NCBI GenBank assembly: GCA_963692945.1 | Contig: OY843585.1 | Location: forward strand, 150,001-182,000 | Reading direction: 5' to 3' | Length of the DNA: 32,000 bases | Source: Bdellovibrionales bacterium | GTDB lineage: Bacteria; Bdellovibrionota; Bdellovibrionia; Bdellovibrionales; UBA1609 | Shown: positions 1-8,973 of the stretch, in pieces | Position numbering within the stretch: position 1 is the first letter of the stretch | Layout of the letters: the number at the start of each line of letters is the position of its first letter | Translations under genes and position numbers: made by a program | The notes under the pieces: model-generated | Seen by the model: only the letters and a program-made list of their open reading frames with translations | Database searches by the model: none | Told to the model about the DNA's origin: nothing

Positions 1-79
1 ATTCTTTCATATAAGGCTGATTAAATTCAGAATCCAATCGCTTTTTCCAAGAAGATTCTAGTAAAATTTGACTCGACAT
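1..79 (-). CDS. ung: Uracil-DNA glycosylase (family 1), first 26 codons only; the gene runs off the left edge
   Basis: Reverse-strand ATG at 79..77 with GGAG upstream. My translation MSSQILLESSWKKRLDSEFNQPYMKE fits the conserved UDG N-terminus (SWxxxLxxEFxxPY). Confidence 0.5.
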   Translation of the reverse strand, partial: MSSQILLESSWKKRLDSEFNQPYMKE

Positions 80-118
80 TAAGGAAAACTCCTTTTTTAA
101 TATAAACCTATATAAACC

Positions 119-727
119 ATGAGCCTATTAAAAAAAAGTTTTTTTACAAAAAAGACCACAGAAGTCGCTGAAAACCTCCTAGGTTGCTATTTAGTAAGGA
201 AAACAAGAGATGGGTCACTCCTCAAAGGAAAAATTGTAGAAACAGAAGCCTATCTTGGAATAGAAGATTCTTGTTGCCATAGTTATAAAGGCCTTTATAC
301 AAATCGCACAAAAACCATGTATCTTGAAGGAGGACATGCTTATATCTACTTCACTTATGGAATGCATCACTGCTTTAATGTTGTAACAGCCAAAAAAAAT
401 CAACCCGAAGCGGTTTTAATAAGAGCTCTAGAACCCATTGAAGGGTTAGAAAAAATGAAAAAATATAGAAAAAAAGCAGACTTGAAAAACCTTACAACAG
501 GACCTGGAAAATTGTGTCAAGCCTTGGATATCACAAAAGACCTAAATGGAATAAACCTTGTAGATTCAGATAAACTCTATATAGAAAAAGGAAAAAAACG
601 ACAAGAAAAATCTTGTGTTGATACTCGTGTTGGTCTATCTCCATATAAAGAGGCTTGTTATTGGCCTTTAAGATTTTTCCTAAAAGACAATGACTATGTA
701 TCTCTAAAGAAAAATTTGATAAAATGA
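119..727 (+). CDS. mpg: DNA-3-methyladenine (alkylpurine) glycosylase, Mpg/AAG family
   Basis: 202-aa ORF with VETEAYLG...DSCCHSYKG.T.RT..MY..GGHAYIYFTYGMHHCFNVV and TGPGKLCQALDI, all typical of the Mpg family. Confidence 0.8.
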   Translation: MSLLKKSFFTKKTTEVAENLLGCYLVRKTRDGSLLKGKIVETEAYLGIEDSCCHSYKGLYTNRTKTMYLEGGHAYIYFTYGMHHCFNVVTAKKNQPEAVLIRALEPIEGLEKMKKYRKKADLKNLTTGPGKLCQALDITKDLNGINLVDSDKLYIEKGKKRQEKSCVDTRVGLSPYKEACYWPLRFFLKDNDYVSLKKNLIK

Positions 728-755
728 TATTCTTCTATAAAATGGAGTTACTGGC

Positions 756-2126
756 ATGCTTTCTTTAATAAAACATATTTTTATCTTTCTTACTCTGTCT
801 TCTTCCCTTTGCTTTGGAAAAATCTATGTCAACATAGGTTCTCCTAAAATTAAAAAAAGCGTTATTGCTCTTTCTCCTTTTATTCTAAGAGATGTTCAGC
901 CTAATAGAATGAAATTAAATTTGGGAAAAAATATAAATAGACATTTAAATAAAAATCTAAATTTTTCTAGTTACTTTAAACTTTTATCTCCAAAAGCTTT
1001 TATTGAACACCCATCTGAAGTCTCTTCTATCCCTTATCCTAAAGACCCTAATGGTTTTCGTTGGAAAAATTGGAAGCTCAATGGGACTGATTTTCTTTTT
1101 TTTGGATATTACTCTATTGTAAAATCACAATTGATCCTAAATGTTTCTCTTTATAATATAAATTTACAAAATCTTGTTTTCCGAAAGAAATACTCAGCGG
1201 AAATCTCTAATGCCAAATCAGTTATAAATACACTCTCAAATGATATTGTTAAAAGTTTAAGTGGCACACAAGGAATCTTTAATACAAAAATTGTCAGTAC
1301 TAGAAGCACCTCTGGATCAAAAAAAGAGCTTTTTGTTATGAATTGGGATGGCAGTCAGCAAAAAAGACTAAGCTATCATCGCTCTATTGTGCTTTCACCC
1401 TCTTGGTCTCCTAATGGAAACCAAATTGCCTATACTGCTTTTGTCTATAACACAAAATTAAAAAAGAGAATGACAGCTCTTTTTCTTTTAGACTTAACTA
1501 CAAATAAGATTAAACTCCTGTCTAATAGAAATGGAGCCAATTTAGGAGCTGACTTTTTTCCTAATGGAAGAGAGTTATTAATCACTTTAGGATTGGGTTC
1601 AGGTTCTATGGATATTTTTAAAATGAACATCTCCTCTGCTTCTATCAAAGCTCTTACAAGAGGCCCCAGAGGTGCCATCAATGTAGAACCATCTATACAT
1701 CCTAAAAGTAAGCTCATTGCTTTCTCCTCAGACAAAAGCGGGAAAACAATGATTTACACTATGACTAGATATGGAACCCAGATCAAAAGAATCACTTTTG
1801 CTGGACACTATAACTCCACACCAGATTGGGACCCTAAGGGTCGTAGAGTTGTTTTCTCTGGTCAAGATAAAGGGAGGTTTGATCTTTTTATAGTTAACTC
1901 TAATGGAACGGGATTAAAAAGATTAACAAGTTTAAAAAAGTTTAATGGAAAGTGGGCAAATTGTGAATCTCCAAGTTTCTCACCCGATGGAAGATTTATA
2001 GTTTTTAGTAGTGATCTATCTGGAACTTATCAACTCTACATAATGAATGTAGATGATTTATCTATTGAAAGAATCACTTTTGATCGCTACAATTACAAAT
2101 CTCCAAAATGGTCTCCTTACCTATAG
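756..2126 (+). CDS. tolB: Tol-Pal system periplasmic beta-propeller protein TolB
   Basis: Signal peptide, then repeated WSPNG/FSPDG...IAF/VFSSD..G...LY blades. GGAG lies 8 nt upstream of the ATG. Confidence 0.85.
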   Translation: MLSLIKHIFIFLTLSSSLCFGKIYVNIGSPKIKKSVIALSPFILRDVQPNRMKLNLGKNINRHLNKNLNFSSYFKLLSPKAFIEHPSEVSSIPYPKDPNGFRWKNWKLNGTDFLFFGYYSIVKSQLILNVSLYNINLQNLVFRKKYSAEISNAKSVINTLSNDIVKSLSGTQGIFNTKIVSTRSTSGSKKELFVMNWDGSQQKRLSYHRSIVLSPSWSPNGNQIAYTAFVYNTKLKKRMTALFLLDLTTNKIKLLSNRNGANLGADFFPNGRELLITLGLGSGSMDIFKMNISSASIKALTRGPRGAINVEPSIHPKSKLIAFSSDKSGKTMIYTMTRYGTQIKRITFAGHYNSTPDWDPKGRRVVFSGQDKGRFDLFIVNSNGTGLKRLTSLKKFNGKWANCESPSFSPDGRFIVFSSDLSGTYQLYIMNVDDLSIERITFDRYNYKSPKWSPYL

Positions 2127-3136
2127 ATTTAAATCATTATATAAAAGAAAATCCCTTTTTTTTGGCACCTATGGCAGGAGTTACAGATAAACCTTTCCGT
2201 TCTTTTATGAGAGAAATGGGTTGTGGGATTATAACTACAGAACTTATTTCTGCAAGAGCTCTTCAAGATGATAATAAAAGAACTAAACAACTTCTACAGT
2301 ATGATGAGACTCAAAGACCTTTTGGGATTCAAATTTTTGGTGAAGATATTGAAAGTATTAAAGTTGCTGTTCAAAAATTACAAGAAGAGCATCAACCTGA
2401 TTTTATAGATTTAAATTTAGGATGTCCTGTTAATAAAATTGTCAAAAAGGGAGCTGGCTCCGCTCTTTTAAAAGATTTAAAAACTCTTTCTAAAATTTTA
2501 AATGCTATGAGAAAAAACTCTTCCTTACCTCTATCTCTAAAAGTAAGAACTGGATGGGATAAAGATCACTTAAATGCCGATCAAGTTGCTCATATGGCTT
2601 ATAATGAAGGCTTCTCTTGGATGACCATTCATGGAAGAACAAGAGCTCAAAGTTATTCAGGGCAAGCCGATTGGGCTTATATAAAAAAAATCAAGAAAGA
2701 ATCACCTCTACCTATTGTAGGAAATGGAGACATAACCTCTCCCTTAAAAGCCATTGATGCTTTTAAATTTAGTCAATGTGATGGTGTTATGATTGGGCGA
2801 GGTTGTTTGAACAATCCTTGGATTTTTCTAGACACAATGAATTCTCTAAAAGGAAACCCTATTCATCAAAATAAAGATTTTAATGATATCCTTCTTAAAC
2901 TGAAAAAGCACTTGGAAAAATTTTATGACACTCGTGGATTTCTTCTGCAACTCAAGAAATTTGCAGCTTGGTTCTCAGCAGGATTTCCAAACTCTACAGA
3001 ATTTCGTAAAAATCTTTTTCAAGAAAAAGAACTAGAAAAAATACTCCTTTTTATTGAAGAATTTTTTGAAACCCATAAAAATTTTAAAAAAGAAAACCCT
3101 GAGTATGAACCTTTTTTAATGCAAGGTCATGGGTAA
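2108..3136 (+). CDS. dusB: tRNA-dihydrouridine synthase (DusB-like)
   Basis: LAPMAGVTDKPFR, DLNLGCPV.K and HGRT motifs of the Dus family. It overlaps the tolB stop by 19 nt. Confidence 0.85.
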   Translation: MVSLPIDLNHYIKENPFFLAPMAGVTDKPFRSFMREMGCGIITTELISARALQDDNKRTKQLLQYDETQRPFGIQIFGEDIESIKVAVQKLQEEHQPDFIDLNLGCPVNKIVKKGAGSALLKDLKTLSKILNAMRKNSSLPLSLKVRTGWDKDHLNADQVAHMAYNEGFSWMTIHGRTRAQSYSGQADWAYIKKIKKESPLPIVGNGDITSPLKAIDAFKFSQCDGVMIGRGCLNNPWIFLDTMNSLKGNPIHQNKDFNDILLKLKKHLEKFYDTRGFLLQLKKFAAWFSAGFPNSTEFRKNLFQEKELEKILLFIEEFFETHKNFKKENPEYEPFLMQGHG

Positions 3137-3249
3137 AAAACTATATTACTTTATTTTTAACTATTTAAATTTTATAATAATTTACAAGGTGATTCTTATA
3201 AAAATATTATTAAAGAGTTCCAAATCCTATAATGACTTACAGGAGTTTT

Positions 3250-4974
3250 ATGTCTTTTAAAATACCAAATCATCTTAAAAAATACTTAGTGTATCAAAAC
3301 TACAAAAAATACACTCCAGAAGATCAAGCCGTCTGGAGATACATTATGAAAGGCATACAATATACAATGTCTCTTTATGGTTACAGAGGATGCCTTTCAG
3401 GTATGAAAAAAACAGGTATTACTTTTGATAAAATACCAAAAGTTTCAGACATAGATAAAAATCTACAAGAGTTTGGATGGAGAGCTGTCACTATAAGTGG
3501 ATTTATACCTCCTAAAATTTTTATGGAATTTCAACTCAATGGTATTTTACCCATTGCTTCAGAATTGAGATCTATTGATCATATATTTTATACACCAGCT
3601 CCTGACATCGTGCATGAATCTGTAGGACATGTTCCATTCCTAATGCATACTAAATACACTCAATTTCTTAAAAAGTATGCAAATACTGCTTTGAAATCTC
3701 TTTCAAGTATTGAAGATAGAAATTTGTATGTAGCGATTAGAAAATTAAGTGATTTAAAAGAAAACCCAAAAGCAACTCAAACTCAAATAAATAAAACTGA
3801 GAAAAACCTAAAAACAATCACAAAAAATACCTCCCATATTAGTGAGTCATCTTACTTATCTCGTTTTATTTGGTGGACTTCAGAGTATGGACTTATAGGA
3901 AATCTAAAAAATCCAAAAATTTATGGGGCTGGACTTATCTCTTCCATTAAGGAAGCTCAGCAAATGAATAAAGTAAAAAAAATATGGCTAGACGAAACTT
4001 GTTTAAATTACTCTTATGATATTACAAAAGTTCAACCACAGTATTTTGTCATAGAAAGTTTTTCACATCTTTTAGAAGTTCTAGACAAAATCATAGAAAA
4101 TCTTTCTTGGAAACGAGGTGGTATTTACGGAGTTCAAGAAGCCATTAAATCTAAAACTATTAATACAGCAGAGTTAGACAGTGGGTTACAAATATCTGGT
4201 ATTGCAGAAAGAGTAATAACTCATAAAAATAATATTGTTTTTTTAAAATTTTCTGGACCCTGCCAGCTTTCTTTTAAAAATAAAGAACTCTCTGGTCATA
4301 ACAAATCCTACCATAATCACGGTTACAGCACTCCTCTTAATCTCATTTCAAAAAATAAAAAACCTTTTCACTTATGGAACCAAAAAGATTTAGAAAGAGA
4401 AAAATTAAAAATAGGAAAAAAAGTTCATTTGGTTTTTCAATCTGACATTCATCTTCAAGGAGAAGTTACAAAAATTTTTAAAATCAACAATCTTCCATTG
4501 ATCATTACTTTTAAGAACTGTCTTATAAAACAAGGGGATTCACTTTTGTTTGATCCAAGCTGGGGGCTCTTTGATTTAGCCATTGGACAAACCGTCACTT
4601 CTGTATTTTCAGGACCTGCAGATAAGATGGCTTATAAAGAAAAAGATGATTTTACTCCATCTAAAGTTCCTGAAAAAAAATTCTCAAAAAAACAGAAAGA
4701 CATTTTTAAAATCTATCAAGAAGTAGCCTCTCTAAAAAATACAAAAAAATCTTATGTACAAAAAGAAAAAACTTTACAAAAAATAGTAGCAAAGGTTTTA
4801 AACCAAAAACATTTATGGCTTATATCTTTAGAACTTCTTGAATTTGTAAAAAAGAACCCTACATTAAGAAATAAAATTTTAAACCATTTAAAAACTATCG
4901 CAAACACTGAAAAATCAAATGTTAAAAAATACATAAAAGAAGGACTTGCTTTTTATAAAAAGAAAGCAACTTAA
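3250..4974 (+). CDS. Aromatic amino-acid hydroxylase (phenylalanine-4-hydroxylase-like), long form with a ~290-aa C-terminal extension
   Basis: Iron-ligand motif PDIVHESVGHVPFL, WWTSEYGLIG and YGAGLISS match the biopterin-dependent hydroxylase core. I chose the ATG at 3250 because AGGAG (3241-3245) precedes it; the longest ORF starts at 3232. Confidence 0.7.
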   Translation: MSFKIPNHLKKYLVYQNYKKYTPEDQAVWRYIMKGIQYTMSLYGYRGCLSGMKKTGITFDKIPKVSDIDKNLQEFGWRAVTISGFIPPKIFMEFQLNGILPIASELRSIDHIFYTPAPDIVHESVGHVPFLMHTKYTQFLKKYANTALKSLSSIEDRNLYVAIRKLSDLKENPKATQTQINKTEKNLKTITKNTSHISESSYLSRFIWWTSEYGLIGNLKNPKIYGAGLISSIKEAQQMNKVKKIWLDETCLNYSYDITKVQPQYFVIESFSHLLEVLDKIIENLSWKRGGIYGVQEAIKSKTINTAELDSGLQISGIAERVITHKNNIVFLKFSGPCQLSFKNKELSGHNKSYHNHGYSTPLNLISKNKKPFHLWNQKDLEREKLKIGKKVHLVFQSDIHLQGEVTKIFKINNLPLIITFKNCLIKQGDSLLFDPSWGLFDLAIGQTVTSVFSGPADKMAYKEKDDFTPSKVPEKKFSKKQKDIFKIYQEVASLKNTKKSYVQKEKTLQKIVAKVLNQKHLWLISLELLEFVKKNPTLRNKILNHLKTIANTEKSNVKKYIKEGLAFYKKKAT

Positions 4975-4988
4975 AAAAGTTGCTTTCT
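4961..4988. terminator. Bidirectional hairpin terminator between convergent genes
   Basis: Perfect 12-bp stem AGAAAGCAACTT (4961-4972) / AAGTTGCTTTCT (4977-4988) with loop AAAA. It overlaps the hydroxylase stop codon and is flanked by A/T runs. Confidence 0.55.
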
Positions 4989-5018
4989 AGAAAAATCTAA
5001 TTTTTTATAAATGACTAA

Positions 5019-5465
5019 TTACAGTCTACAGTTTTTTTCAACTTCTTGTAACTTCTTAGCTTCTGCTGGTGTGTTAACACCGTCTACAAGACTTGCTGTA
5101 AAATCTACTACTCTTTGACGAACTGCTGGTTCCCAACTTTTAGATTCAGCAAGAGCAACTGCCAAACCTTGTACTTTTCCAGCATCTGCAATTTGTAAAG
5201 TAGCTTCTGATAAAAGGTTATAACCTTCTCTCAAATCTTTTACACTATTGTTTGAAAGAGATCCTGAGTTAAGCGATTCATTTATATAACTTCTAGTCGG
5301 ACCATCAAACCCATTTACCATTGAAGCACTAGCTCCTAAAATAGATGTAGTCTGTGCAGGCAATTTAAACGCAGGTTGTGGTTTAGCCATCGGCTTTACT
5401 GCCATTCTGGCTTGAGCCAATAAAGGCATAAAACTTGCAGCCACTACTAATAACAATACTCTCAT
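5019..5465 (-). CDS. Small secreted protein of unknown function (signal peptide MRVLLLVVAASFMPLLAQA)
   Basis: 148-aa ORF with a very strong SD (AAGGGAGGA about 7 nt before the ATG). It is Ala/Val/Gly-rich and visibly GC-richer than its neighbours. Confidence 0.6.
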   Translation of the reverse strand: MRVLLLVVAASFMPLLAQARMAVKPMAKPQPAFKLPAQTTSILGASASMVNGFDGPTRSYINESLNSGSLSNNSVKDLREGYNLLSEATLQIADAGKVQGLAVALAESKSWEPAVRQRVVDFTASLVDGVNTPAEAKKLQEVEKNCRL

Positions 5466-5501
5466 AATTTTCCTCCCTTTTATTATGTTAAGTTAATTAC
5501 A

Positions 5502-5531
5502 TATATATTACTAAAAGGTAGAGACATTCAA
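5502..5531 (-). promoter_or_regulatory. Candidate sigma70-type promoter for the small secreted protein gene
   Basis: On the minus strand, TTGAAT (5531-5526), an 18-nt spacer, then TATATA (5507-5502), about 35 nt upstream of the ATG. AT-rich context makes this weak evidence. Confidence 0.3.
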
Positions 5532-5651
5532 GCTCATTTCAAAAAAATGTAATTTTTTCCATTTTTTTCAAAATAATAAGCAAAAAACCTTTTTAAATTC
5601 ATAAAATATCAACTTCTTTGGCTCTTTTACAGTATTTCTCTAATAAGTCTT

Positions 5652-6863
5652 TTAAAGCCTTTTTCCAGAAAAAAAGCCCATCTCTTGAACTGAAATCTGT
5701 AAATTATATTGGTTAGACATGACATAACCATAGGCTCCTACATCAGCTAAAGCCAGCCAATCCCCCTCTTTTACAGGTAATAAAGGATAATTTTGAGCAA
5801 AAGTGTCTCCCGTCTCACAAATAGGCCCTACAACATCATACGGTTCTTTCTTCTTTTTGTTGTCCAGTAAAAAGGGCAATATTCTATGTTTAGCCCCATA
5901 AAGAGCGGATCTTAAAAAATGGTTCATCCCACTATTTAAAATGATAATTTTTTTATAGGGTGTTTTTTTTACATATTCCACCTTTGCACACAATAAGCCA
6001 AACCGAGCCACTAGAAATCTTCCTGGTTCGGCTAGAATTTTTCCAGAAAAACCCTTAAAAATATCTCTAAAATTTTGTCCAAATTTTTCAAGAAGAAGCC
6101 TTTCTCCCTCTAATCCATCTCTATTGTAATCAACACCTAAACCTCCTCCGATATCTAGAGTTTCTAAAGAGGGAAACTCTTTTTTTAAGTCTTCAAAAAG
6201 GGTCTTTATATGTTCTATAGCCTTATAAAGAGGGTCTAAATCAAAAATTTGAGAACCCAGGTGCATGCTTAGCCCTTGTAAAACAACTTCTTCTGGATGA
6301 GATTTAATAAAACTTAATATAGAAGGGAGTTCCGTTTCTTCTATCCCAAATTTATGCCCCATTAAACCTGTTTTAATATAAGGATGTGTTTCACAATCAA
6401 TATTAGGGTTAAGTCTTAACCCTATAAAAACTTTCTTTTTTAATTTTTTAGCAATAGGAATCATTCTTTGTAACTCTTCAAAACTTTCTACATTGATCTG
6501 AAAAAACTGCTGAGAAATCCCCATTTCTAATTCTTCTACACTTTTACCAACTCCTGAAAATATAATTTTTTCAGGAACAAAACCCATAGATTGAGCTAAA
6601 AGAGCTTCCCCACCTGAAACAACATCAACTCCAGCACCTAACTCCTTAAAGGCTTTTAAGACATGTTCATTACTGTTAGATTTCATTGAAAAAAAAACTT
6701 TGAGTTGATGAGAGCTATGATCTAAAAAGTTTTTGTACCATTCTTTAATTCCTTGAATATCATAGATATAAAAAGGAGTTTTTTCTTTTTGAGCAATGGT
6801 TTGCAAAGGAAGAATGTGTTCTCCTTGTTCTAAAACCAACTGATTTTTTATGTATTTAAACAA
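5652..6863 (-). CDS. lysA: Diaminopimelate decarboxylase
   Basis: PFYIYD, the PLP-lysine context FSMKSN, DIGGGLGV, EPGRFLVA and GPICETGD. Confidence 0.9.
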   Translation of the reverse strand: MFKYIKNQLVLEQGEHILPLQTIAQKEKTPFYIYDIQGIKEWYKNFLDHSSHQLKVFFSMKSNSNEHVLKAFKELGAGVDVVSGGEALLAQSMGFVPEKIIFSGVGKSVEELEMGISQQFFQINVESFEELQRMIPIAKKLKKKVFIGLRLNPNIDCETHPYIKTGLMGHKFGIEETELPSILSFIKSHPEEVVLQGLSMHLGSQIFDLDPLYKAIEHIKTLFEDLKKEFPSLETLDIGGGLGVDYNRDGLEGERLLLEKFGQNFRDIFKGFSGKILAEPGRFLVARFGLLCAKVEYVKKTPYKKIIILNSGMNHFLRSALYGAKHRILPFLLDNKKKKEPYDVVGPICETGDTFAQNYPLLPVKEGDWLALADVGAYGYVMSNQYNLQISVQEMGFFSGKRL

Positions 6864-6871
6864 AATAATTC

Positions 6872-8083
6872 CTACTTAGACAATTGAAATTCAGAGTGAA
6901 GAGCTTGAGCCACTTTTGCAAGATGAGATTCATCAATCACAGCACTTATTTTTATTTCAGAAGTTGTTACAAGATGCAAAGGAACACCTAGTGATTGGAA
7001 AACAGAAAAAAACCGACCAGCAACACCTGAATGATGAGACATACCCACTCCTACAACAGAAATTTTAGAAACTTTATCAATAATTATAATATTTTTTTCG
7101 TTCACCATAGTTTTCAAAATATCTAAACACACTTTGGAATCGGTTTGAGAAACAGAAAAAGCAAGGCTAGATGTGCCAGACACCCCACTTTTAGAAATAA
7201 TATCTACAAAAATAGATTGTTTCCCTAATTTTTGAAACAGCTCTGAAATAAAATCCAAATCCTCTGCTGGAATCTCTTTTATTTTAATAACTATAGTATT
7301 TGAATCATGAGCGACGGCTGATACAACTGACCCTTCCATAACATTCTCCTTGTTTACAATCCAAGTTCCTTCTTCTTTTTCAAAGGCATGACGAACATGA
7401 ATTTTTATTTGATGTTTAGCTGCTAACTCCACACAACGAATTTGTAAAACCTTTGATCCTAGAGAAGACATTTCCATCATCTCAGAAAATCCTAGTTTTT
7501 TAATTTTCTTTGCTGATGGAATAATCTTAGGATCTCCTGTAAAAACTCCGGCAACATCTGTATAAATTTCACACATTTCTTGTTTTAAAACAACTGCTAA
7601 AGCTATAGCCGTCAAATCACTCCCCCCACGACCAAGAGTGGTGATCTGTTTTTCTTTAGTAACTCCTTGAAATCCTGCTATTAAAGGAACAGCTCCTCTC
7701 TCAAGAACTTTTCCTATAGTGTCTGTCTCAATGGATTCTATGTTGGCCTTAGAAAAAAAAGAATCGGTATGAATCCCCGCTTGATAACCAAGCAAAGGAT
7801 GGGTTTTTATTTTTCTCTTTTCTAAAGCCATACTCAAAAGAGCAACACTCACCTGCTCTCCAGAAGAAAGAAGCATATCGTAAGAAAGTCCCCGATACAA
7901 AGGATAAACTTTTTCAGCCATTTCTACCAAATGATTGGTATGACCAGACATTGCAGAAATGACAACAACAGGATGTTCACCTTTCTCATAATCTTTTAAA
8001 AGACGATCCGCAATGAGTTCTATTTTCTCTATAGAACCTACAGAGGTTCCACCAAATTTTTTAATCACTAAATTGTTATCCAC
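6872..8083 (-). CDS. lysC: Aspartate kinase
   Basis: KFGGTSVG, TLGRGGSDLTA and C-terminal ACT-like repeats. I chose the GTG at 8083 because AGGAG (8093-8089) lies 5 nt upstream; the longest ORF starts at the TTG at 8107. Confidence 0.9.
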   Translation of the reverse strand: MDNNLVIKKFGGTSVGSIEKIELIADRLLKDYEKGEHPVVVISAMSGHTNHLVEMAEKVYPLYRGLSYDMLLSSGEQVSVALLSMALEKRKIKTHPLLGYQAGIHTDSFFSKANIESIETDTIGKVLERGAVPLIAGFQGVTKEKQITTLGRGGSDLTAIALAVVLKQEMCEIYTDVAGVFTGDPKIIPSAKKIKKLGFSEMMEMSSLGSKVLQIRCVELAAKHQIKIHVRHAFEKEEGTWIVNKENVMEGSVVSAVAHDSNTIVIKIKEIPAEDLDFISELFQKLGKQSIFVDIISKSGVSGTSSLAFSVSQTDSKVCLDILKTMVNEKNIIIIDKVSKISVVGVGMSHHSGVAGRFFSVFQSLGVPLHLVTTSEIKISAVIDESHLAKVAQALHSEFQLSK

Positions 8084-8122
8084 AATAACTCCTGCTAAAA
8101 ACCACAAGATGAATTTAAAAAG

Positions 8123-8908
8123 TTAAGTCTTATAACCTATTAACATAAATCTTGTATATTTTTCTAAATCTAAATGCCCTTCATAAATCAAACGTCCCAT
8201 AGAGGCCATCTTTTTAAATTCTTCTAGAGAAGAAACACAATTCACATGCTCTTTAAGACCTTTATAGTTATTACTTTGTAAAATAATTAGTTTTTCAGCT
8301 GGAATCTTATCCCACCATTCTTTAAATTTTTCTATATGTTCACAAGATGTATTAATAATTGTATCTGGAACCATGGTTAATTTCTCAGATTCTCCATTAA
8401 ATTTCAAAGTTGTAAAAGTTTCTCCAGCATAATGAATATCTAAAATATTTTTTAAAGTGGCTTTAAACTTCCAGTTATCCTTTACAAAATAACGATTGAT
8501 ATCTTCTGACACTTTGACACTCAATTCATCTATTTCAAAAAGAAAAATATTCTTAGTAGAAAAAAAAGAATCTCTGAAAAAAAGAAAAGCCAAAAATCCA
8601 TACCAGCCAGCACATAAAGCCACAATCCCTAGATTTGATATTCCTTTTTCTTTTAAAACCTTTAATATCCACTCCTTTGACTGTAGCTGACCACGAGAGG
8701 TTGCTTTTTTTAAACCCTGAATAATTTCTGAACTATGAGCTTTAAAGTATTCTGATTCTAAAACCCTTTTTAATCCTTTTAAATAAGTTGTAGTAAAGAA
8801 GGGCTTCTTTTCCGATAAGCTTTGAGATTCTTCTAAATGAAGCGAAGGTTGATAGATCGCTTCAAACAAAGTAAAAAGATCAGATGTTGATTTGTTATTT
8901 TTTTCCAT
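8123..8908 (-). CDS. Hypothetical protein with weak class-I (Rossmann) methyltransferase-like features
   Basis: 261-aa ORF inside the operon. IVALCAGWYGFL (a G-x-G-like loop), an acidic FEID and DTIINTSCEH resemble SAM-methyltransferase motifs I, II and IV. No firm family assignment. Confidence 0.5.
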   Translation of the reverse strand: MEKNNKSTSDLFTLFEAIYQPSLHLEESQSLSEKKPFFTTTYLKGLKRVLESEYFKAHSSEIIQGLKKATSRGQLQSKEWILKVLKEKGISNLGIVALCAGWYGFLAFLFFRDSFFSTKNIFLFEIDELSVKVSEDINRYFVKDNWKFKATLKNILDIHYAGETFTTLKFNGESEKLTMVPDTIINTSCEHIEKFKEWWDKIPAEKLIILQSNNYKGLKEHVNCVSSLEEFKKMASMGRLIYEGHLDLEKYTRFMLIGYKT

Positions 8909-8973
8909 ACCGTTTTTCTAAGAATCAAAAATAGTATGAAATAATAAAGAAATAAAGAAGTTTTTAGAAAAGA

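Noticed and set aside
215-403. Short antisense or overlapping ORFs in the six-frame track. They are 215-403, 1445-1735, 4752-4934, 8496-8690, 10037-10219, 10431-10622, 11981-12163, 12127-12339, 13343-13555, 15737-15922 and 16130-16312. The rest are 19243-19446, 20304-20498, 21652-21837, 22420-22611, 24249-24443, 27518-27745 and 31459-31686.
   Set aside because: Each lies inside a longer, well-supported gene on the opposite strand or in another frame. They show low-complexity or AT-driven composition and have no SD, so they are shadow ORFs.
8084-8122. A lysine riboswitch (L-box) or other leader upstream of lysC/lysA.
   Set aside because: The intergenic gaps are only about 40 nt (upstream of lysC) and 8 nt (lysC-lysA), far too short for an L-box. 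The genes appear to be read through from upstream.
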